DNA of 64,000 nucleotides from Guillardia theta CCMP2712 (Eukaryota; Protista; Cryptophyta), in assembly GCF_000315625.1 (NCBI RefSeq), contig NW_005434664.1:891462-955461 (forward strand), in the 5' to 3' direction. The stretch's first letter is position 1. Every line of letters starts with the position of its first letter. Below are positions 12,123-24,552 of this stretch, piece after piece. Both the position numbers and the translations under genes were made by a program. A model generated the notes under the pieces. That model had not been told where the DNA came from. It saw only the letters and a list, made by a program, of their open reading frames with translations, and did no database searches.

Positions 12123-15100
12123 TCATATGACCTTCAAGGTCTTGGTGATCTGATCGACCTGCTTGACGATCTTCGACCGTCTCAGCTTGGATTTAGAGAT
12201 CTCTTCTTCGATGCTCACCACGTCCCTCCATGCGAAGAGACGCATGAACTCGATGAGGTCAATCTTCCCGTCTGCTGACACGCTACACCCCAGCTGCATC
12301 AGGTCCACGTCTTCCATTCTCAGCTTCTGGAAGCCTCTTCGCAGCTCTGCCTGGGTCACCACAAAGTCTCCGTTGTTGTCGAGAAACGTGAAGGCGTCAG
12401 TCACCCGGTCGAACACAGCCTGCAGCCGCTTCTGGATCGTTGCATGCTTCCCGGTCAGCTGGTGTCGAGCTCGGATCGCCACGGGCCCCGCGCGTCTCTG
12501 CTCGGGGTTGATGTGCATGGCGGCCTTGAGGAGCTTCTTGTTGTTGGTCTCCTTCCTGCTCTTGTTGGCCCGCGCGATCGCCTGGAGCCTGACGATCTTC
12601 TTCATGTCTCTGTCATCGAACTCCGACTTTCCCTCCATCTCCAGCAGCTGACTCGCCAGTCGCTCTCGCCGATGCTTCTTCCTCGCCTGCATTCCCCGCA
12701 TCCTCTTCTGGATCAGCGTGGCCGCCAGCTTGTGCTTCGACTCGTGCATGATCGTCGCGCTCTCCATGTAGCAGTCCTGCAGCCGAGACATGAAGTCCTT
12801 GAACTGAGCGAACGTGAGCTCGTGGGTGTCGTTGGTCCCCTCGCTCCCTCCTCCAAGGTTCCTCCTCCTCGCCGACTGCCTGAACGACCTGACGACGTCC
12901 GTCTTGCTCAGGCAGCTGGGGATGAGGTGGTAGTGCTCGACCAGGTTGATCGCCTCCCCGAGGCTCATGGTGGTCAGTCGACCTGACGTCACTCCCATCG
13001 CTGTCTCGTCGCTGTTGAAGCTGTTGAAGAGCTTCTCGTTCACCTGCAGCCGCACGTCCCCGAACACAACCTGCAGCTCTTCCTCCTCCTCCTCCTCCTC
13101 CTCCTCCTCCTCGCTCGCAGACGTGATCCCGTCGTCAGACGCCATCTCCACCTCCTTCTCATACACGCTCTTGGCCCGCGTCATTCGCCCCGTGCTCGCG
13201 CTCGAGGACGTGCGGCCGACCTTGACGTGCGGGAGCTGGTCGAGAGGGACGAGGAGATGCTGGTCTGCTGCTGAGCCCCTGCTGGGAAGGGTTCGAAACT
13301 TCATCCTGATTCCCTGCCGCACTGGAGCCACAGAGGTCAGCAAGGCCAGAGAGAGAAAGGGAGGAAGGAGAAAGGAGGAAGGAGGAAGGAGGAAGGAGGA
13401 GGGAGGAGGGAGGACGAGTGGGCAGTCACCTGAACGACGATTGAGGGAGATGATATTCCGGACTGACTTGTCGAAACTGTCGGAGAAGGGGAGGATGGCT
13501 CGAAAAAGCGACTGAACTTTGTCCACCTCGAAGGTGAGACCGCTCCTGAAGAGAATCTCCTGCACCTGCTCCAGCGTAGCCCCGTACGAATCCTGCAGTA
13601 TGACCTCCAGCACAGCCTTGAGCAGCGCAGAGCCGAACATGCCCTCCATCCGGCTCAGCAGGTCGTCCGACACGATCTCGCTGGTGTTGGACTTGAGCTG
13701 GCGCAAGGACAGGGGATGGATCTTGAGCTTGATGTAGGACTCGATGCAAGCTGCGAGGCTGCGAAGGTAGAGCGGGTTGTCAGCCTGCGCTCGACCGAGG
13801 ATGGGCTTCAGGTCCTGGGTGATCTTCCTGGCCCCGGTGGACAAGAGCATGCGCTGGAAGATGACTCTCTTCTCCGTGTCGTTGAGGGGCGGCAGAACGA
13901 TGTGGGCGAGAGGGTTGGGATGTTTCAGCCCTCGGAGGCTCTCGGCACAGGGGTTCTTGCTGTCCACTGTGAAGAGGACGAGGAGGGAGCCCTTGCAGAT
14001 CGCCACGAGCCGGCAGATCAACTCTCTCTCCTCCTCGTCCAGCCCGTCCAGGATCAAGAGGAGTTTCTGCCGGGTGGTCAGCACCAAAGGGAGGAGGAAG
14101 GGAGGTCTCACGGAGTTGACGTCTCGATACCTCGCAAGCTCCGCCACCCTGTCTCGCAGGATCTCCTGGCAGGGCGTTCAGACACGCCTCGATGCGAGTC
14201 AGCGGCTACCTCAAGACGCTTCCAGCTAGCAGGGAAGATGTCTTGCTCGTCGAGCACAGCAGAGCAGAGGTAGGAGAGGACGTCTTTGGTGGTGTGCCAG
14301 ACCTGCAGTCCAGGTAAGGGCGGGGAGAGGGAGGAGCTGAGAAAATGTACCATCTTGAAGAAGTAGATCATCTTGAAGTTCTGCTCGTCGAAGATCGCAA
14401 AGTCCTGCTGCACAACCCTTGCTAGGATGTCGTCGTCGTTCTTCAGCAGGACGTCAGCTGGGGGATGGCTGTCGTCGTGCACTTTCAGCTCGCTCTCGCT
14501 GCCCACGTTGAGGTTGGTCAGCACTTGCTTCACCATCTCCGGTGTGCCCGGCCGGTTCTTGGACAGCGAGAAGTTCATGGCAGCGACGATGCCGAGGGTG
14601 GCGCTTTGGAGCTTGCTGGGCCGCTTCTCCTCCTTGGCGTCTGCGGCGAGGTGACTCTTGAAGGCGCTGGGCTTGAGGACTTGGACGAACTTGGCGAGGA
14701 GGGAGGACTTGCCGCTGCCATGCTCGCCCGTCAGGTACGACACCAGCACTCCCTGCAGGAAGAGGCACTGGAAGAGCCTCCTCAACGTCTGCACTTGGCT
14801 GCCGTTGTCAGCAAACACCAGCGGCTGAACGTAGGACATGACAATCTGCTCCTGCCGCGCCTGCTCCGTCAAGAGTCTGTTCACTGCCACCTTCGAGCGC
14901 GAGCAGGGGAAGCGCTGGCGAAGAACGTTCCAGAGCCGCGAGAAGACAGTCATGCCGAACTCCTCCATGCCCACCAGGCTCACGTGCTTGCAGCTCTTCC
15001 TGGCATCAGTGGAAGACACGTCTTGGTTGGGAGCGTAGGAGTGGAACCTCGGGGAGTAGTGGACGACGTTGGGACTGGCGGTCTTGTTGAGGAGGCTCTT

Positions 15101-18100
15101 GAACTTATGGTTCTTGCCCATGGCCGTCTCGTCTCGCTCTATGAAGTACTCGCGCACCTGCGGCGGCACCTGGGCCTGGAACTCCGGGTCCGAGAGGAAG
15201 GCGTTGTCTCTGATGCAGATGAGCGAGTCGTTGGGCCTCTCGAACGTCCAGCCGCGCAGCTCGTTGAACTCACCGTGAAGGCCTGCAGGAGCATCAGACG
15301 AGGGACTGAGAGGAGGGACTTCACCGCATCGGGTCTCGAGCTCTTGCACAGACACTCCTTTCCTGACGGCCTCCATCATCTTGCTGAAGTCACCCTGCTT
15401 CAAGAGTGAAGATCGCTCCAGCCTCCTCGTGTCCCTGCTGTCCACGATCCTCCCTCTCTTCTCCCCGATCAGCGACACCATCAGGCACTGCTTCATCTTC
15501 CTCGCCCTGCTGTCGAAGTTCCTCACGCTGCAGGAGAGGAGGGTCTCCAGTCTCTGGATGATGTCGTCTCGGTTCCCGTGCACCATGGAGGAGGACAGAT
15601 CCTTCCACTGCAGTCGCAGCCGCAGGTCCAGGCACTTGATGGCCAGAGCTGGGAAGACGTACCGGTTAAGGAACTCCCGCTCAGCATGCATGTCGTCCAG
15701 GTTGCTGCTGAGGTAGATGTCAACCGTATCCCAAGACCCGTCGACGTCTTGGAAGGATTGGCCGAGGATGAAGCTCGTCTGAATGAGGCTGCTCTCCTCG
15801 TCGCGGATCTGGGAGACTACAGTCTCCAGCATCTTGGACGGCATCACCTTCCTCTGCGACTGCTTCGTCGAGAACCGAAACTGCAGGTCCAGCGTCGCCT
15901 TGCGCAGCATCGGATTCCCGTCCATCCCCGACGACTTCCAGGTGACAGGCTTCTTGGTGCCTACCTTGCAGATCTCGTAGGTGCGGGAGAACTTCTCGTC
16001 GTGCTTTGAGTGACACTCAGCTAAGACGTCCTCTACCGACACCACGATCTCCCCCAGCACGCTCTTCACGCCCTTGTCATGGCACAGCACCACAACCTCC
16101 TGGTTCACGTCATGAATTAGCAGATGCACGGCTTGTTCGAAGGACGGGTAAACAAAGTCTCCCCCGCTGTTGCTGACATGTCACAACATACAGGCTGCAA
16201 CCTTCACCTCTACCTGAATTTTGCTTGATGAACATGTTCCTGTGACGATCGAAGGTTCCTTGAACCAACAGGGTCAGGAGATGTACAGGAGTGCTGAGCT
16301 GCTTACGATGATCCTGACTTGTTCTCTTGCCGATGAATACCTCTCAACTGCACTGTTACGATCGGTTCCGCAATGTTTGTGTGATCAGGTCGAGGCCAAT
16401 TGTTTCCACGACTAATGTACACCTCGATCGCCTGCACCATAGTCATTATCTTCATCATCGTTGTCAATAATCGTTCTATCATCATCACCTCTATCATCAT
16501 CATCGTAGTCGTTATCAACATCAACATCATCATCATCATCATCATCTCCATCATCATCATCTCCATCATCATCAACAACAACAACATAGTCATTATCATC
16601 TCCATCGTCGTCGTCGTCGTCATCATCGTCAGCATTGCTACCGATGTTACAAAGAAAGATTCGATTACATCTTACCTTGATGTATTCGCTGAATTTGATG
16701 AGAGCAACACCGTCGACGTTTCCTTTCGACCTGTCTGCTTCTGGGCATCTGATCTCCAAAATGTCTATAAGGTCTGAAGGAACCTGCGCCGCGTCTGCGA
16801 TGTGAACACAAAGAGTTCGCTCGTACTCCCTACGAGGCTTCTCGTGGATCCAGGTCTTGTAGGGTATCGACACGGTGAGGAAGAGAAAGTCTTCCTTGTC
16901 CGACTCGTCCCATAGAGAGACGAGATCCAAGAATTCCCTCGTGTACTTGAGCGGGGAGTCGGGGACCTTGAGGTATGACCCCAGCTTAAGGATGCTCTCA
17001 TTCTCGAGTGAGTACTTCTCCATCCCGCTCTTGTGCAGCAGCGATCGGGACGATTGAATCCTCTCCGTCAGCTTCTCCAGGGAAAATGAGAACTTGTGCG
17101 TCGTGTCGGCGTCAAAGAAGGAAGGAATGCCGTACTCTTGAGCTCGCATCAGCTGGATTTTGACGTGCACGTATCTCATCACATCGTCAACTAACAATTT
17201 TCTCCCTTCCAGCTTCTCCACGTTCTGCTTTGTTTCTTCAACTTTCCCAGACTGACCTTTGACCTTCTTCTTTCCCGATGGAGTTCGTGAAAGCTGCTCA
17301 TATTGAGCAATCTCATCCGTGAGTTCGTCGTAAATTTGAGAAACGACGTCTTGAAAATAGCTCACAATTTCTTCACAATCGTGTTTGACAACATTTCGCT
17401 TGGAGGAATAAGCTGCCGTGAACAACATGCTCGGTTTCTCAAACAGCATACGAAAGTTGTCCCGGAGAAACTCCTTGTAGGCGACCAACCTTGAATCGAG
17501 AGCCGCGTCGCTCTCGATAGCAATCCAATGTCGCTGTAAGCAGCGTCAGACATGACATGAATCAACAAGAACAGGCAACCTCGTAGGTGTCGATGATAGA
17601 CTGTATTCCGTTCTCAAGCAACTTTCTCCATAGAAAACGAAGATCACACATAATCAATTCGAAAGCTCGCCAATCGTGTTTGCTCGCAATGATTTCAGGA
17701 AGAACGATGTAAGCATTTGGTTCTGGAACACTCCATGAACAGTCGAAGTTGGGATCAGCTATGGAGATAGCATTTTGCTTGATCGCAACGTATATCTTGT
17801 ACAGTAGCGACAAGTCCTTGGGCATCACAAGCGTGAAATGCAGGAGATGTTTCATTTCGTTCTCTTTCTTGGTAGATATCAAGGTCAAACTCGATCTTCG
17901 TGATCGCACCATGACTAATCATGCAAGCCGTTAGAGCGCTGTGAAGGAGGAGAAGCAGGGGCATCGGTCTCACCTTTCGTGCTCTTGCGATGCAGCCCGT
18001 CCAGGAAAGCCTTCTTCCTCTGCTCGAACGGGCTGTCGCCTCCAGCTGCAGAGTGCTTTCTTCCTTCGTGCCCTTGGAAGGGGAGGGCAGCAGCACTTGA

Positions 18101-18480
18101 GTCGGATGTATGGGAGGACAGGAGATGGGTCGATCCCCGACTTGACCCTTAGGCTGACTATCATGATGGTGGAAAACTTGATACAAGCAGATGCCCTTGC
18201 GCATGCGGAGGCTGAAGTAAGGAAGCTCATTCAAGGCAGTCCTCGCTCCTCCCGTCAGCCTGAAGGCGTCGAGGCTTCCACGAGGATATCGCCAACTGTG
18301 CTTGCCGACGCTTCCGGCGTCTCTGAGAGAGTCAGGCGAAGCCATCGCGTCGTTGACTTCAGTGCTCTCTCACTTGAGAGTCAGCGCTTTTCTTCCCGCC
18401 ATCCTCGGCGTTACTGATGCAACCCACTGCCAGTCTGCTTTGGTGCCGCCAGGGACCCTGCGACCGGGCCATGGACGGTC
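12123..18480 (-). CDS. Large multi-exon STAND-type protein: TEP1/NWD-like helical region, C2, DUF4062-like, NACHT-like NTPase, IQ motifs, EF-hands (5' end approximate)
   Basis: IYLSSNLDDMHAEREFLNRYVFPAL (TEP1/NWD1/NPHP3-like); Walker A GEHGSGKSS; Walker B LLLILDGLDE; NPLYL; IQ motifs IQKRMRGMQARK and LQAIARANKSRK; EF-hands DNNGDFVVTQAEL and DGKIDLIEF; C2-like IEVYISRGNNWP..VVLCHDKG..LGEIVVSV. Confidence 0.8.
16435..16635. repeat. Degenerate (ATC)n trinucleotide tract, intronic in the NACHT gene
   Basis: Imperfect ATC/GTC/AAC repeats; produce D-rich, I-rich and M-rich artefact ORFs. Confidence 0.8.
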
Positions 18481-20765
18481 CATCATGATTCTAACGGCTC
18501 CACCCCTCGTCCCAGCTCGCCTCAGAACTTTCAGTCATGTTACGGCGGATCGAATTACAGCCGGGCGGCCAGTAGTGTCACGCCGCCGGGGTGCCACCAA
18601 CGGGCTCGGGCGGCCCGCCGACCGCCGGTCACCGTGACGGTGAACTCGAACTGAGCTGTGCCACCACTGGCTGTGACGGACGCCGCGGCCACGGTGACCG
18701 GCCCGGGCGACCGTACGGCCGGCGGTCCGATCACATGGTGATGAAGCGGGCCATCCGTGCCGCGCGGCGCGGCGTGCGGCAAAAAAATCCGAGTGTCGGT
18801 GACCGGCGGCGGCGGACTCCGGGTTCAGTGTCCTCGCGCCGCGGCGTCCGGGAGCCGGCAGTGCCGCCGGCCTGCGGGCCGGCCCCGGCGGCGGATGGCA
18901 AGTTCGCCGAGGCGGGCTTCTGTTCATATAAACAAATAGGGTCCCCACCCTATTGGACATCATCCCCCACCCCTGCACTTTCCCTAGTACTACCCAGGCT
19001 TGGAAAGAGAGCTCGAACCCCTTTCATGCGTCTACCCCCCTCTTCGAGGTGGGTCTTCTTACGCTTCGTCGTAAGAGAGGCGGCCCCCGATCAACTCGGA
19101 CTCTCGTGACTGAGGACGTGAACCGAAAGGCTCTCCCGCTGGATGCCGGGGGTGGGGGTGGACAAGGAAGGGGTGTGCCTCCAAGAACAGGGTTGTGAGA
19201 TGGAAAGGATGAAATTTCAGGGGTAGGGTAGTAGTTCCTAAAACACTGAAATGGTTGAGCGGGGACGAGGGTCAGGTTGAGATAGTGGAGAACGAACCCC
19301 CAAACCGGTCTATATCCGGGAGAGAGTCAGAGGGGTCCGGTGGTCCATGGCATAATTCACAACCAGGGAGGTGGGGTAGGACGGAATCACAGAGATTCAC
19401 ATAGCTTTTCTTACGTGACCCCCCACACAATCTAAAGGCCATTTTGACAAGAGTTCTTCAAAATGGTGAATTATCAACATTTATATCCAAATTGATACAT
19501 TTAATTTTAAATATCCCAACAAAAAAGTGATGACAGGTTCTGATTAGAAGGTGTGTTGGAAAACTAGCATGTGAGGTCGCTAGCCTGTGTGGGTAGGGGT
19601 GAATATTGGGAACAAGGGGGGGTTAAGTACGTACTCACTTCTTGAGGGGTGGGGGTTCAAGCTTGGATGAACAGAAAGTTTGTGGTTCACGGTTGGGGTG
19701 AACACCAAGAGCGAGGTCGAGGGGTGGGGTAGTAGGATTTGATCGGGGTGTGACCACCTCATATTTCTAGTCCGCTAGACTGGCAATATTAGGGTGGGTA
19801 GTATCACGTGATGCACACATGAGGCTTGAATGTCTTTACCTCATCCTTTAGTATGCTTATTCTAATCAAAGTTGGCGATCTTTTTTTTTAGAGAAGAGAA
19901 GATCCACACAATCAATCGTGAAGCTACTATATAAACATTCATGAAGCGGATAGATAATTGCTCATCAACGCCATAAAAGGCAGAAGAGGGGGGCGGTAAA
20001 GGATGGGAGGGTGGGCTGTTCAAAAATGGTGGTAGGGGTACCAGTAAGCCGAGGGTACATCCTTCGCAGTGTGGTGGGCAAAGGGGTGGTACGTATAAGA
20101 ACCATAGCGAGGCGTAGAGGGAAATGATGGGGTAGGGGTGTGAAGTTTTGGTATCATGAAATCAATCAGGGTGGTAATGGGTAGTTGGCAAAGGTCTATC
20201 CCGGGGGTAGGGTGATTCAAGGAGGGCGGCATCCTTGTGGAATATTGCATAGTTGGGGGTTGGAGCCAATTTGTTCATCAAAGTTAGGGTGGGGTGGTAA
20301 AATGAGGGTTGGTATAATGAAGGGTAGGTGGTGTGTGAGTGGAGTGAAATTGAAGGGTGGGGTGGGGGTTGAAACATGAAAGGAATTGTAAGGGGGCGGG
20401 GGTCCATTTGGCGCGTGGGGGACGAGAGGTCTCTAAGAGGTGGGGTGATACGAAAAGGGGGGTATAGTCCATCACCGGTTATGTCAAATCATGGATAAAG
20501 CACCGGTGTTCGATAGAATTTTAAACTAGCTGGTACAAGGGATTTGTACACCGGTATATTTCAGCATTTTTTGATGGTATGAACAGGGTGGGGTAACAGG
20601 AATTGTCTAGGGTGGGTACCATCAACAGGGCTTGGACCGGGTGATGCAATATTTTTGCGAAGGGTGGGGTGGTTACGTATAGGGTCCCCGGGTCAATGGG
20701 GTGGGGGGGTTAAGTGGGATGACGGGGTGGCAGAACGCGAACCCCCAGTCGCCGCGTCCTCCGCC

Positions 20766-21857
20766 ATGTACAGACCGGCGCTGCTCCTTGCGCTCTGCGC
20801 TGCCGCTTCTGCCTTCCAGGCTCCGTTCCTCTCTTCTTCCTCATTCAGAGGAGCTTCTCTTGCCAAGGGAGTCACCCCTGCTGCTCCTCGTGCTCGCGCA
20901 TGTGGACCTATGATGGGTATCAAGGAGCTCAGAGATCGTGTCACCTCGGTGAAGAACACCAAGAAGATCACCTCTGCTATGCGCCTCGTTGCTGCTGCCA
21001 AGGTTCGTCGTGCTCAGGATGCCGTTCTCAAGACCAGGCCCTTCTCCGAGACCCTCCAGAAGGTTCTCGGTGGATTGATCCAGCGCTTGAAGAAGGACAA
21101 CTTCGACTCCCCTCTCATGACCGAGCGCGCTGTCAAGAAGGTTCTCCTCGTGATCATGACCGGCGACCGTGGACTTTGCGGAGGATACAACTCGTATGCC
21201 ATCAAGAAGGCAGAGGGTCGTATCAGGGAGCTCTTGGCCCAGAACATCGAGGTCGACCTCGTCACCATTGGAAACAAGGGAAACCAGTACTTCAAGAAGC
21301 GATACAACGTTGTCAACAGCTACACCATCGGAAACTCTCCCACCGCTGATCAGGCCACTCCTATCGCCCAGAACCTCCTCGCCACCTACCTCGCTGGAGA
21401 TGCTGACCGTGTTGAGCTCCTCTACACCAAGTTCACCTCCCTCATCTCTTCTGAGCCATCTGTCCGCACTATGCTTCCCCTTAGCCCAACTGGTATCGAG
21501 GCCGAGGGTGATGAGATCTTCCTCATGACCTCCAAGGATGGAAGCTTTGGTGTTGAGCGTGCTAGCTCGGGCAAGGTGGAGCCCCAGCAGTTCCCCAAGG
21601 ACATGATCTTCGAGCAGGATCCTGAGCAGATTCTTTCCGCTATCCTTCCCCTCTACTTCAACGGTCAGATCCTCCGCCAGATGCAGGAGTCTGTCGCCTC
21701 CGAGCTTGCTGCTCGTATGACCGCCATGCAGTCTGCCTCTGACAACGCTTCTGACCTCATCAGGGACCTTACCAGGCAGATGAACCGTCAGCGTCAGGCT
21801 GCCATCACACAGGAGATCTCTGAGATCGTTGCGGGAGCTTCCTCGGGTGCCAACTAA
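20766..21857 (+). CDS. atpC: Plastid ATP synthase CF1 gamma subunit, nucleus-encoded, intronless
   Basis: MYRPALLLALCAAASA|FQAP bipartite presequence; KELRDRVTSVKNTKKITSAMRLVAAAKVRRAQ, TGDRGLCGGYN, ASELAARMTAM, RQAAITQEISEIVAGA. Confidence 0.97.
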   Translation: MYRPALLLALCAAASAFQAPFLSSSSFRGASLAKGVTPAAPRARACGPMMGIKELRDRVTSVKNTKKITSAMRLVAAAKVRRAQDAVLKTRPFSETLQKVLGGLIQRLKKDNFDSPLMTERAVKKVLLVIMTGDRGLCGGYNSYAIKKAEGRIRELLAQNIEVDLVTIGNKGNQYFKKRYNVVNSYTIGNSPTADQATPIAQNLLATYLAGDADRVELLYTKFTSLISSEPSVRTMLPLSPTGIEAEGDEIFLMTSKDGSFGVERASSGKVEPQQFPKDMIFEQDPEQILSAILPLYFNGQILRQMQESVASELAARMTAMQSASDNASDLIRDLTRQMNRQRQAAITQEISEIVAGASSGAN

Positions 21858-22275
21858 GTTGTTAACAGTATGATGATATAAACAAGGAGAACGGATTCTT
21901 TGATACGCTGGTGATGTAAATCTCCATGCGACTGCGGCCTTCTGTTATTCCTGTACATCAATCCGATACGTGTCCTGATCGAATGTTCCTGTAACTTGTT
22001 GGTTCCTTCCAACAAATCGTCAATAGAATAGTGCAAAAGGTATGTAAGGTGTGCATCGATGTCTGCCGTTGGCATGGTGTCCAATCGCTGAAGATCAAAG
22101 TTGATGTAAACAATTGGATTCAGTATAAACATTGGTAGGCAAAGAAGCATGTTCTTCGTGAAATTTTCACCAAGGAACATTTGCTCGACTTCTTTATGAT
22201 TCATCATACAGCATCATCCTAGAATTCCAAGCCAACCGCCACGTGGTGAAGCAACCAACTCGATGACCTGAACAA

Positions 22276-23188
22276 TCACTTTTTCGGCTTGTGTATCCTG
22301 TAGCCATAAATTCTTGGTACATATCGTTCCGTTTGTCTTGGCGGTTTGATGTCTGGATACTGTAGCAGAAGAAGATGAGGAAGGGAAGTGGTGAAGAAAG
22401 CTCCGTCAAGTCTGGATTTAGCGGTGTACATGTCCTCACAGCTAGGACAAAAAACCTACACACGGTCAAGAGTCAGCAAGCCTTCATCCGTGCCGACACA
22501 CACGACCAACCTTGACCGCTTCTTCGTGCGGCACGTCTGAAATAGCTGCTGGCAAAACCTTCCAAGGATAGATTCGTGTCAAATTCAATTATGGACAGAT
22601 CGAGGGGCAAAGTTTCTCACTGGCTGATCTTTGCAGAATACTCGGGGGCATCTGCCATATTCCGCATTGTAGTACTTTTCAAGAACCGCGTTGAGGCCAG
22701 CGCTTGTTAAAACGTATCTTGCATGTATCAGACCATACAAATATTCGGCAGAAGATTCAATTTTGGCCTATCATAAATCTCATGAATCAAATCACAAAGG
22801 ACTTCTCATGTTAAGACGTACCTGTCTGTCATCAGTTGGCGTCTCTTCCATTCTTTCAATGTCCAAAATCATATCCAACGCTTCATTATAATGGCTGAAG
22901 GTAAGTAAGAAAAATTGGGAATCGACCATGCTGTCTGTTTCTTACGGCACGAGAGCGCGTAGGCCATAGAGATTAAAGTTGTCTTCTACAAATTCTCTGT
23001 CAACCTGAAAATCGATTTCAGATGTTAACCAGATTTTGAAATCTTCACTATTGCGAGGAAAGAAGTTATCTCACCTCGCATAGGAATTCATGCCCTTTTC
23101 TCGAGCAAAACCATCCAATCCAGCTATATTCAGCATCATCTTCACTCGTCGAGTATTCATAGTCATCTCTATCTGAAACTTCTCCCAT
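22276..23188 (-). CDS. CSNK2B: Casein kinase II regulatory beta subunit, multi-exon
   Basis: Exons give [38 protein letters not shown] / [15 protein letters not shown] / [11 protein letters not shown] / [24 protein letters not shown] / [26 protein letters not shown]; the four zinc-finger Cys are present. Confidence 0.93.
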
Positions 23189-23607
23189 CACGAAGTAACC
23201 AATTTAGCAAGGCCGATGCTCTTCTCGATATTTTGTGCTGTCTGGAAAATCAAACCGAAATCAGTCAAACGATGGAACAAATGGACGCATCAACAGAATC
23301 GAGCAATGTCTGTACATACAAATGTCGTTATTCTCATAGCTATCTGATCCCATTTCTCCACAGTTTGTATGATCGCATGGAGAATACTATCTAATTGGTA
23401 ATCACTGTAAAACTCTTAGTCCTTGAAATCTACTGAACCTTTGATATGCAACCTTGATAGCATAGCCTTACTCGAATAAGTCGCCAAGCATCCACACTTC
23501 AACAAGACAGAAATGGTAGGGACATTGACAGAGAGACTTTTGGCCTCCATCTCTGAATCGCCATTTAGTAGGGATTCAATGTCCCTGAGCAGGAGCAGGG
23601 GCATCAT
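23188..23607 (-). CDS. Putative 97-aa three-exon ORF whose stop codon overlaps the CK2 beta start (TGATG)
   Basis: Removing GT-AG introns 23405-23452 and 23242-23319 gives a continuous 294-nt frame MMPLLLLRDIES...DYQLDSILHAIIQTVEKWDQIAMRITTF|TAQNIEKSIGLAKLVTS*. Confidence 0.45.
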
Positions 23608-24552
23608 CGATGCTACTTTGTCCGGCCCCTCATCGTCATGCTGCCTGCATGCTCCCTCCGCCCATAGAACACGACATCACATACATGTCATATCAGTGCC
23701 AAGACCATTCTGCTGCTTCTATCGCAGCTTCCAGCATCACCTCCACTCTCTACTCCTCCAGCCTGCATGCCGCCTCTGCCCCTACCGCGGCCCTCTTCCC
23801 CACCCTACCCACCCCCTGCCTAATATCTTTCAAAGGACCGGTAGTTTTGAGCATGAATTTCTCTAGAAAGTGGTCAGGGGGCAACACCCCTACCCCCTCA
23901 TTCTACCAGCTATTCATGCATCCCGCCAAGGCCTATTCATATTTTAAAAATTATTTTTCCAGTAACATTGTAAAACAGTACTGTATTGACGTTTCATTAC
24001 GGAAGCATTTTGTACCAGGCACAAATCAGCAAGGGAGTATGTGGTAGCAAACTTCACGAGCCATTAGTTTTATTTCTCAGCAACAATCGATCAAATATTG
24101 GTTTTAAATGTAATCTGTAGCTTGCTCATAATAAATATTATACAAAGACATCACTATCGGAGTTACTCATTACAAATTTAGTACCAATAGCTGAATCTGC
24201 TTCTTGAAATAACGCTTTCATACTCTTTTATGGTACACTACAGACCGTACTCTTTAGTACCGAGCCAGCACTGCCATGATGAGTCCTCCCGGAGTCTCGG
24301 CCATCCGGGCCCCGGCCCACCGGACAGTACCCTACGGTCCACTTGTAGGGTTGTAATAGAGAAGGACCCGGTCCTTTTCCAGATGTGTCTGCCGCACATT
24401 TTATGAAAGGTGGGTGGTCACACATACCCATGACATCGACCGTAATTTATTGTAAAAATGAGGGGTAGTGGGTACAAATGCATTTTGATACCATAGTGGG
24501 GTAGGCTTGAGAGGCATGGGTTGGTGCCGGGGGTGGGGTGACGTCAAGCGCC

